Shown: piece by piece, positions 56,505 through 64,000 of the stretch
Layout of the letters: every line of letters begins with the position of its first letter
How positions within the stretch are numbered: the first letter of the stretch is position 1
Assembly (NCBI GenBank): GCA_028289345.1
Contig: JANQQL010000047.1
Coordinates: forward strand, 57,454-121,453
Length of the DNA stretch: 64,000 bases
Reading direction: 5' to 3'
DNA from: Planctomycetota bacterium
GTDB taxonomy: Bacteria; Planctomycetota; B15-G4; SIAN01
Notes under the pieces: generated by a model
Seen by the model: only the letters and a program-made list of their open reading frames with translations
What the model was told of the DNA's origin: nothing
Databases searched by the model: none
Made by a program: the position numbers and the translations under genes

Positions 56505-58106
56505 TCAGGGACGGTGTTTGGCTCGGGCGCTGAGGGCTTTGCTTCGACGAACTCGTTTGGAGTGTTGGGCCACCTCCTCGGAGTTGCCTTCCAGGCGGGC
56601 GAGGTCGGCGAGAGGCGCGAAGACGTCGGCGCAGTCCGCGCAGAGGTGGTCGGGACCGAGGCTCTCGGCGACCGACTCGAGGCCTCGGGTGATCTGGCGA
56701 ATTCGCTTGTTGGGCCCGCCGCCAGGAAACTCGAAAAGGTGGATGTCACCAAACTGGACCGAGTCCACGGGGAACTTCGGAACGTGCTCGCTGTAGGCAA
56801 CCACGAACGCGCGAGCGCTCGAGTCCTTCATCATCTCGTTGACGAAAGACATCCCCGGCCTGGGTCCGGAGGTTCGCTCTTCACAGGGAAGGTAAGACCT
56901 CACTCGTAGATCTTCGATGAAGGTGTAACCGACGAACCGGTCCCCCTGGGTGCGCTCGTTCAAGTAGTGTTCGGCAGCCAGGTGATAGCGACCTCGCTGG
57001 TCTTCCTGGTACGCCTGGACGTCCTGGAATCCCCACCAGACCACCGCCGCCGCAACCCCCAAAGAAACCACCACCTTTCGGCCTCCACCGGGAAACCACG
57101 CAGCCGCGGTGCCCCACCCGATCGCGCACAGCATCACGATGACCGGCATGACGAAGATGTGAAACCTCGCCATCGCCCACGGATAGTGAGAGTAACCCGC
57201 CAGCGAGGCGCCGAGCACCGGCACCGCGGCCCACAGCAACACCTGGAGTCCGGTCTTCGGTCGAGACTTCGCCACGGCCACCATCCCGACAAGCATCAAG
57301 CCGAAGAACACCCAGGCCGTCCCGGCATCGAGGAAGTAGGTCTGAAACGCCAACGGCAGGTAATCCAAAGACGTCACGCTCTTTTCGGCCCACGTTCCCC
57401 GGAACTCGCGGAGCTCTTCCCGGAGCTGCCAGTAGTAGAGGGCCGCCGCTCCGTTCAAGGCCAAGTAGGGAATCGAGAGCCGCCCGATTCCCGCCAAGTA
57501 TCGACCGCGCTCCTCGCGATCCTTCGCCGTCCATACAAGTTCCAGGCCGAACATCACCCCGATCCAGATGACGACAAACGCTCCGTTCATGTGGGACAGG
57601 AGAGTGATCGCGCTCAATGCGGACAATGCCAGCCCGTTGCCCCAGGTCGGAGCGCGCCGCCAGCGAAGGAAGAGCAGCCACAACCCCAAGGACAGGGCGG
57701 CGAACAGGGCATAGGCCCGAGCCATCACGCTGAACTTGATGAGGTACGGCTGCACCGCAACGAAGGTGGCGGCGATCCATCCGAACCGCCCCATCCCCCA
57801 ACGAGTGGCAAGCACTCCCACCAATACCACCAGAGCCGAACCGGAAAGGATCGACACGGCGCGCATGGCCAAAAAGCCCTCTCCGAAAGCGGCCGCGATC
57901 CCCTTCTCCAGCACCAGGAACCAGTTCATGGTGAGCCATTCCTGGAAGTGGGTCAGCAAGTACTTCACGGGAGAGCAAATCCACAGCATGGTGCCGCATT
58001 CGTCCCCGTAGAAGGTCTTGTCGTGGGCGACGACAACGCGGATCACGAGCGCCAGCACGGCCAGTCCGCCCAGCACTCGCCAAGACGGAGACTCGTCGCG
58101 ACTCAC
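56505..58106 (-). CDS. GT-C (family 39-like) membrane glycosyltransferase
   Basis: FYGDE, GEGFLAMRAVS, FSVMARAYA; multi-TM; GTGA overlap with the upstream permease. Confidence 0.8.
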   Translation of the reverse strand: MSRDESPSWRVLGGLAVLALVIRVVVAHDKTFYGDECGTMLWICSPVKYLLTHFQEWLTMNWFLVLEKGIAAAFGEGFLAMRAVSILSGSALVVLVGVLATRWGMGRFGWIAATFVAVQPYLIKFSVMARAYALFAALSLGLWLLFLRWRRAPTWGNGLALSALSAITLLSHMNGAFVVIWIGVMFGLELVWTAKDREERGRYLAGIGRLSIPYLALNGAAALYYWQLREELREFRGTWAEKSVTSLDYLPLAFQTYFLDAGTAWVFFGLMLVGMVAVAKSRPKTGLQVLLWAAVPVLGASLAGYSHYPWAMARFHIFVMPVIVMLCAIGWGTAAAWFPGGGRKVVVSLGVAAAVVWWGFQDVQAYQEDQRGRYHLAAEHYLNERTQGDRFVGYTFIEDLRVRSYLPCEERTSGPRPGMSFVNEMMKDSSARAFVVAYSEHVPKFPVDSVQFGDIHLFEFPGGGPNKRIRQITRGLESVAESLGPDHLCADCADVFAPLADLARLEGNSEEVAQHSKRVRRSKALSARAKHRP

Positions 58107-59881
58107 AGCCAACCTTCTTGATACGCCAGGGCAAACGTGACAAAGGCCCAGGCCAGCAAGCTCACCGGGATGCCGACACGGATGAAGTCGGAGTACTTGT
58201 AACCGCCCGGGCCATAGACCATCAAGTTCACCTGGTGCCCCTGCGGGGTCACGAAGGCAATGGACCCGCCGAAAGCGACGGCCAGCAAAAACGGCCGCAC
58301 GTCGACTCCTGGCATGACATGCGCCACCTCGATGGCGATTGGCGTCAACAACACCGCGACCGCGCTGTGGGAGACGAAGGCATTGAACAAGATGCACAGA
58401 AACACGATGCCGGCCAGGACGGCCGTGGGACCGTAGTCGAACAATGCTCCCACCAGCCCGTTGGCGAAGTACTCCGCCGTACCACTGGTCCGCATTGCCT
58501 CGCCCAGTGCCAGGGTGCCCACCACGAAGATCAGGATCGGCCAGTCGATGGTCCGGTACGCGCGTCGAGCCGTCACGCAGCCAGTCGCCACCATGGCCAT
58601 GGCTCCCAACACCGCAGCCATGGGCAAAGGCACCGCCTTCCAGCCAAATGCCGAGTAAGCGGTGAACAATGCCACGACCCCCGCAGCGATGGCCAAGGCC
58701 TTGCGTGCGTGACCGCGCAACACCACCAGATTGTGGGCCCCGGTCAACAAAAAGAAATCCGTGGACGCTCGGAACTTGGTCGGCGAGGCCTGTTCTCCGC
58801 AGACCAACAACAAGTCCCCTGAGCGAAGCACGAGATTGGAAACGCGCTCGCGAATGTGGTGGCCATGGCGCAACACCGCCACCGCCACCGCGTTGTAGTC
58901 GCGCCACAAGTGCAGATCACTGATGCGCCGCCCAACAATGTTGGAGTGAGGAGACACCGCCAGCTCGAAGAAGGTCATGGTTCGCGGATCGAACTTCATG
59001 TTGCCGATCAGCTTCAGACCCAAGCGCTGCTGCATGTCGGTCAGGCTGCCCACGTCACCGCGAAGAACGACCACGTCCCCTTCTTCGAGCACGACGTTTT
59101 CGAAGGGCGGCCAGAACGGCACCTCGTTGCGCACCAGAAACAGCAGCCGCGGCCCCTCTCCGAACGCTTCGGCCACGGTCTTTCCAAGCAAGGGAGAAGC
59201 GGGGCCGATGACCAACTCGGTCACATATTCCCGGGCCGTCCCATCGGCCAGGGTCGCCGACATGGAAGCGCGCGCCGGCAGGAGCCTCTTTCCGAACACT
59301 GCCAGGAAAGTGATGCACAGCACTGCGAGAGGAACGCCGATCGGAGACAGTTCGAACATTCCGAGCGGAGCCTCGCCCTCGGCGACCGCCACGCCGTCCA
59401 CCAACAGGTTGGTTGACGTCCCAACCAAGGTGCACATACCGCCGAACAACGACCCAAAAGACATGGGAATCATCAGTCGTGAGGGAGGAATGCCCGTGTC
59501 TCGAGCGATCCCGATCACCACCGGAATGAACACCACCACCACTGCCGTGTTGTTCAAGAACGCTGAAAGTGCCGCGGAGACCAAGCCGATGGCCAACACC
59601 ATCACGCTTTCGCGTCCCTTGCCCCAAGCAAGCACCAGCCGCGCGATGAACTCGACGGCACCGGTTCGCGTCAACCCTTCCCCGACGACGTAGAGAGCGC
59701 CAATGGTGATCACCGCGTGATTCGCAAACCCGTGCAGCGCCCCTTCCAGGTCCACCAGTCCGGTCGCCACCAGCGCCACGATCAATCCCAGGCCGATGGC
59801 GTCGAGGGACACCCGGCCGGACACCAACAGGATGAGCACCAGCACCGTGAAAGAGGTGACGAGGATTGCGCTGGGATCCAT
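58103..59881 (-). CDS. SLC13/DASS family permease with TrkA-C domains
   Basis: SAFLNNTAVV, GGMCTLVGTSTNLLV, two RCK-C domains, TPQGHQVNLMVYGPGGYKYSDF. Confidence 0.92.
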   Translation of the reverse strand: MDPSAILVTSFTVLVLILLVSGRVSLDAIGLGLIVALVATGLVDLEGALHGFANHAVITIGALYVVGEGLTRTGAVEFIARLVLAWGKGRESVMVLAIGLVSAALSAFLNNTAVVVVFIPVVIGIARDTGIPPSRLMIPMSFGSLFGGMCTLVGTSTNLLVDGVAVAEGEAPLGMFELSPIGVPLAVLCITFLAVFGKRLLPARASMSATLADGTAREYVTELVIGPASPLLGKTVAEAFGEGPRLLFLVRNEVPFWPPFENVVLEEGDVVVLRGDVGSLTDMQQRLGLKLIGNMKFDPRTMTFFELAVSPHSNIVGRRISDLHLWRDYNAVAVAVLRHGHHIRERVSNLVLRSGDLLLVCGEQASPTKFRASTDFFLLTGAHNLVVLRGHARKALAIAAGVVALFTAYSAFGWKAVPLPMAAVLGAMAMVATGCVTARRAYRTIDWPILIFVVGTLALGEAMRTSGTAEYFANGLVGALFDYGPTAVLAGIVFLCILFNAFVSHSAVAVLLTPIAIEVAHVMPGVDVRPFLLAVAFGGSIAFVTPQGHQVNLMVYGPGGYKYSDFIRVGIPVSLLAWAFVTFALAYQEGWL

Positions 59882-60035
59882 CCCTACGTTCTACTCCTTG
59901 TCCGAGTGCGGGAAGGAGCCCGACCGGGTCGGTCGGAGCGGCAAATCAGCTCGGTGGTTGCTGGTGCCGGGCGTCGGTTCCGAGCGCGCGGATTATGCAT
60001 GAAGCACCGGCGGAAACCCGGTGGAAACGTTGTTC

Positions 60036-60542
60036 CTACCAGGCGAAGTCATCCTCCTCGGGATCGAATCCCGCCAATCCGACCACGAAGTCGAAGATCC
60101 CCCACACGTCGACCGCGGCATGGACGCCCACAAGCAGGGCGTGGACCTCCGCGCGCACATCGCCAGGTCCCCGGTACCAGCTCGGGCCCGCGGTCGCATC
60201 CGCGGCCAATGGGCCGAGGGCAATGTAGTTTTCGCTGGAGGCCGACAGTGGCATGCGGCGAAGTCCCTGGTAACCGAGGCCGACGGTGGTCCGAGACATG
60301 GTGCCCGCTCGAACCCACTGGGTGACCTCTGCGTCGACGCCAATTCCGGGGCCCACATTGGCACCGACGCGAACGATCTCCACCAGATCGAACACCCGAT
60401 TGGGCAAGTACAGAAGAATTGTGCCCAGTACCGACCCGACGTCTCCTTCGGACGAGGTTTCGGATTCTTCGGCGGCCGGAGAAGGAAAGCTCGCGCATCC
60501 CCCCAGTGAGCTCAGCAGACCGGCGGCCAACCAACGTGTCAT
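60036..60542 (-). CDS. Hypothetical lipoprotein
   Basis: Lipobox LGGC; YLPNRVFDLVEI...IFDFVVGLAGFDPEEDD. Confidence 0.65.
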   Translation of the reverse strand: MTRWLAAGLLSSLGGCASFPSPAAEESETSSEGDVGSVLGTILLYLPNRVFDLVEIVRVGANVGPGIGVDAEVTQWVRAGTMSRTTVGLGYQGLRRMPLSASSENYIALGPLAADATAGPSWYRGPGDVRAEVHALLVGVHAAVDVWGIFDFVVGLAGFDPEEDDFAW

Positions 60543-60880
60543 TCGCGACTGCCCCACCACACATCTCCTTCGTCGCCACCTCTTCTTCGGGATCTCCCTG
60601 GCGAGCCAGGGGTGACCCTTTTCAGGCTACCCCCTTCTTCTCGACCACGAGCGACGCGAGTCCGGAGTGACGTCACGATTTTGTCGACGATCCCACATCC
60701 ACGGCGCATCCTCCCACGGAACCGTGATCGAGCGCGCCCCGGGTTGACGGGAGTAGCGCGGATAGTCCACTGCGGAAGGTCCGACATGGCTCGCCGCCTG
60801 ATCCGTTTTCAGCCGTGTGTTGTTTGCTGTCGCGCAGAACAGTAAGCCGGCCCTGAGACCTTCTTTGACACGAGAACTCG

Positions 60881-62248
60881 ATGGCCCGCAGATCACCCCT
60901 ACATGAAGCCTTGGCCTTGATCCGGCTGGCGATCCCCTTCGCCATCGGACAGGTGGGACTGATGTTCATGGGCGTGGTGGACACCATGATGGTGGGCCGA
61001 GTCTCGGAAGAGGCTCTGGCCGCGGTGGCTCTTGGTCACATCTACAGTTTTGGGATCTGCATTCCGTTCAGCGGGTTGATCTTCGCCTTGGATCCACTGC
61101 TTGCCCAAGCATTCGGTGCCCAGGATCACCGCTCGTTGGCCGCCACCCTGCACCGCGGCGCGATCCTGGTCGGCGCCATCTTGGTGCCCGTGGTCGGATT
61201 GCTGTGGGTGGCGGAGCCGGTGCTTCGATCTCTCGGTCAGAAAGAAGAAGTCCTACCGCTCGTCACCGGCTATTGCCGCGCGTGCGCTCCGGGGATGGCC
61301 GGGTACTTCGCGTTTCTGCTGCTGCGGCACACCGTGCAGGCGATGAGCATCATTCGTCCCGTCGTCCTCGCAGTCCTTGTGGCCAACGGCGCCAACGTCC
61401 TTCTGAACTACTTGCTGGTCTTTGGCCACTGGGGCTTCCCGGCATTGGGCCCGGTGGGGAGCGGCTGGGCCACGACCGGTTCTCGATTCGTCATGGCCGC
61501 CTTGTTGTTCCTGATGAGCTGGCCAGTCCTGCGCCCCTACTGGCGAACGCCGGTCACCGATCGCTGGCGTTGGTCGGCCTATCACAAGATCTTTGCCTTG
61601 GGGATTCCCGTCGGCGTGCAAGTGAGTCTCGAGGTTTGGTGCTTCTTCGCAGTGTCTCTCATCATGGGAACTCTGGGAACCTTGGAACTCGATGGACACC
61701 AAATTGCGATGAGCTTGGCCTCCTTGTCGTTCATGGTGCCACTTTCCATCGGCATGGCCAGCGCCACTCGAGTCGGGAACGCCGTCGGGCGCCGCGACAT
61801 CGAGGGCGCACGACTCTCGGCCTGGATGTCGATCGTGTTGGGCGCCCTCGTCATGACGGTGTCGGCCGCGGCATTCATTCTCATCCCCAAGGAACTCGCC
61901 AGGCTCTACACCGACTTGGATTCGGTCATCGAAATGGCGGCCTTGGTTCTACCGATTGCCGGAGTCTTTCAAATCATGGACGGCACCCAGGCCGTCGCCT
62001 GCGGAGTGCTGCGAGGCATTGCCGACACCCGAGTTCCCGCGGTGATCAACTTCTTCAGTTACTGGGCGCTCGCCATCCCGGTCGGCTGGCTGCTGGCATT
62101 TCGAGGCGAACTCGGCCCGCGTGGCTTGTGGTGGGGTTTGACAACCGGACTGGCAGTCGCCGCCGTCCTCTTGACCTTTCGGATTCGACAAAAGTTTCGG
62201 ACGGGAATCGTCGCCGCGTTCGACAGTTCGGCGGCGAAGGCTTCGTAG
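60881..62248 (+). CDS. norM: MATE family efflux transporter (NorM-like)
   Basis: LAIP...GVVDTMMVGR, ATRVGNAVG, FQIMDGTQ...GVLRG..DTRVP. Confidence 0.88.
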   Translation: MARRSPLHEALALIRLAIPFAIGQVGLMFMGVVDTMMVGRVSEEALAAVALGHIYSFGICIPFSGLIFALDPLLAQAFGAQDHRSLAATLHRGAILVGAILVPVVGLLWVAEPVLRSLGQKEEVLPLVTGYCRACAPGMAGYFAFLLLRHTVQAMSIIRPVVLAVLVANGANVLLNYLLVFGHWGFPALGPVGSGWATTGSRFVMAALLFLMSWPVLRPYWRTPVTDRWRWSAYHKIFALGIPVGVQVSLEVWCFFAVSLIMGTLGTLELDGHQIAMSLASLSFMVPLSIGMASATRVGNAVGRRDIEGARLSAWMSIVLGALVMTVSAAAFILIPKELARLYTDLDSVIEMAALVLPIAGVFQIMDGTQAVACGVLRGIADTRVPAVINFFSYWALAIPVGWLLAFRGELGPRGLWWGLTTGLAVAAVLLTFRIRQKFRTGIVAAFDSSAAKAS

Positions 62249-62392
62249 GCGTCTCGAAGACCGGGGACCGAGGGTGTCGGCAAAGGCGTCGTCGAGTTTC
62301 CGAGACCCGACGTTCGCGCCGATGATTCATGAAGGCCCGTCGCGGAAGCAGGAGATCGCGCGGCCAGAGCCCGGAATTTGTCGAACCTCCGG

Positions 62393-63673
62393 CTACCAGC
62401 GAACCGTCAGCGTCACTTCCTTCCCTTCCCGGACGACGATCAACCCTAGGTCCTCGCCATTGGGAGAGCTGGCCACCGCACGGCGCAAACTGGCGGCGGG
62501 GTCATCGGGAGACAGGGTTCGGCCGCGGAAAGACAAGATCACGTCCCCCACCTGAAGGCCCGCTTTCTCGCCGGCGCTCCCCCCGGCCACGGAGTTGACG
62601 CGAAAGCCCCCCTGGTCGGCGCCATAGCCAAGCGCATCCATGGTCGCTCGATCGACCGCTCCATCTCCGGCGATGCCGAGAGCCTTGCGACGCCGAGTCT
62701 CGAACACCGGCTCGCGGAATTCCAAGCGCTCTCGAGTGTTTGCCACGTCGACGAGCAAGGCGAGAGAGAATCGAGAAACCGCGTCCATGCGTTTCCAGGA
62801 CACTTTGTCGGCGTGATCGGTGACCCGGTGATAGTCCTCGTGAAGCCCGGCAAACAAGAACACCGCCGGCACTCGGCGATTGAGGAAACTGTGATGGTCC
62901 GAGTCGGCCATGGCAAAGCTCTTCTCGTCGATGGTCAAGCCCGGAACTGATTGCAGCGCTCGGTCCTTGGCCAGGTACCAAAGGTTGTTGGCGAGAGAAC
63001 TCATCCCCAACATCTCGAGCGGCTTCCCCGGGTTGCGACCCACCATGTCCAGATTCACCATGGCCACGGTGGAGCCCAGGGGAACCGCCGGGTTCTCACA
63101 GTAGTCGATCGACCCGAGCAGCCCGTGCTCCTCGGCACTGAACAAGGCGAAGACGATGCTGCGTGCGGGACGGTACTTGGCGTCACTCAGACACCGGGCC
63201 AGTTCGAGAACAACACTGGTTCCCGAGGCGTTGTCGTCGGCACCGTTCCAGATCTCATCGTCCCGAATCCTGGTGCCAAGCTTGCCGGTGTCGTGACTGT
63301 CCCCGGTCCCCAGATGATCGTAATGCCCTCCAATCACGACATACTGTTTGCTCAGCTGGGGGTCGGAGCCTTTCCAGAGAGCAAGTACGTTGTGGCTGTC
63401 AGACAAACCGAAAGTGCTACGAAACCGAAATCCGTCCAGGAATGTGCCGTCATCCCCAAGGGGGGTCAAACCGGCTTTCTCGAACTCCGAAGCGATGTAC
63501 TGCGCGGCCTTCTCGCAGCCTTCTTCCCCGGCGAATCGTCCCTGCAGTGCATCGGAAGCCAAGTACTCCACGTCGGCCCGCATTCGATCCAAGGAAACCC
63601 GGGAGAGGGCATCCCCCACCGCCGACTCCGAGCCAAGGACGACAACAGCGAACCAGCAAATCCAACTTGTCAT
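62393..63673 (-). CDS. M28 family peptidase with C-terminal PDZ domain
   Basis: GGHYDHLG, GADDNASG, FSAEEHGLLGS, NLDMVGR, SDH, DYHRVTD; PDZ AGLQVGDVI. Confidence 0.93.
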   Translation of the reverse strand: MTSWICWFAVVVLGSESAVGDALSRVSLDRMRADVEYLASDALQGRFAGEEGCEKAAQYIASEFEKAGLTPLGDDGTFLDGFRFRSTFGLSDSHNVLALWKGSDPQLSKQYVVIGGHYDHLGTGDSHDTGKLGTRIRDDEIWNGADDNASGTSVVLELARCLSDAKYRPARSIVFALFSAEEHGLLGSIDYCENPAVPLGSTVAMVNLDMVGRNPGKPLEMLGMSSLANNLWYLAKDRALQSVPGLTIDEKSFAMADSDHHSFLNRRVPAVFLFAGLHEDYHRVTDHADKVSWKRMDAVSRFSLALLVDVANTRERLEFREPVFETRRRKALGIAGDGAVDRATMDALGYGADQGGFRVNSVAGGSAGEKAGLQVGDVILSFRGRTLSPDDPAASLRRAVASSPNGEDLGLIVVREGKEVTLTVRW

Positions 63674-63897
63674 GACAACTCCTGGGCCTCTCGCAGGCCG
63701 TTGAGAAAGGCCTCGGATGGCCGACCTCAGTCACATCGGTGAAATCGTCGAGGATTCGAGGACGAAGGCGGAGGCGAGCAGGGTCGATCATGCGCTGAAA
63801 GACGATTTCCTTGGCCTGCCAGTTCCATGAAGATCCGCCCGGCTGGGCATCCAGTCGATCCGGGCTCGACACCTTGCCGAGTCGCTGCGCCGCCCCT

Positions 63898-64000
63898 TTA
63901 CCCACGGGACGATTGACCCGGTGACTGACTCGTGGAGCAATAGCTTCGACGGGCGTCGACCGACACCAGCCGGTCCTCTTCCGCGATCCAAGCGGTGAGT
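63898..64000 (-). CDS. Possible 3' end of a gene extending beyond the window
   Basis: Open frame LTAWIAEEDRLVSVDARR...SRG ending at TAA 63900-63898; too short to classify. Confidence 0.25.
   Translation of the reverse strand, partial: LTAWIAEEDRLVSVDARRSYCSTSQSPGQSSRG

Noticed and set aside
56505-58907. 800-aa ORF suggesting a long N-terminal extension on the GT-C gene; similar extensions on 673-3093, 31960-33366 and 38217-40289
   Set aside because: The extensions overlap other real genes or regulatory DNA and are low-complexity; the true starts lie downstream
1-64000. Genome-wide UGA reassignment (code 4 or 25) as the explanation for in-frame TGAs
   Set aside because: Many genes end in TGA at their expected C-termini with ATGA/GTGA overlaps (7641-7644, 15039-15042, 16403-16406, 54246-54249), and Trp is encoded by TGG; the two best internal TGAs fall at catalytic Cys/Sec positions
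1-64000. CRISPR arrays, tRNA (including tRNA-Sec), rRNA, transposases, integrases
   Set aside because: No regularly spaced repeats, cloverleaf-like sequences or recombinase motifs recognised by eye; a tRNAscan/Infernal run would be needed to exclude them fully
1-64000. Visibly frequent TCGA/CTCGAG/CGATCG words
   Set aside because: Plausibly explained by codon usage (CTC GAG, ATC GAC, GTC GAA); not quantified, so no HIP-like repeat is claimed

Overview
GC-rich bacterial window, most consistent with a Planctomycetota genome (inference from ECF sigma factors fused to large extracytoplasmic domains, CRTAC1/ASPIC-UnbV and FG-GAP proteins, and a multiheme-TPR protein). It holds about 50 CDSs: accessory stress/detox genes, an RND efflux operon, a BLUF protein, a LytS/LytTR pair, secreted peptidases and GT-C glycosyltransferases. 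I saw no rRNA, tRNA, CRISPR or IS elements. The main signal is hidden by the ORF track: three genes are interrupted by an in-frame TGA followed by a bacterial SECIS-like hairpin. (1) 26645-27796 is a secreted bacterial homolog of animal selenoprotein N (LDDESC-U-GSG), translationally coupled to a membrane-tethered ECF sigma factor. (2) 3481-4446 is a secreted DsbD-N-like/peroxiredoxin-like protein with a W-U-P-F-C site. (3) 45075-45680 is a lipoprotein of no family I recognise, a possible new selenoprotein family. The Sec machinery genes (selA/B/C/D) are not in this window, so Sec decoding is inferred.
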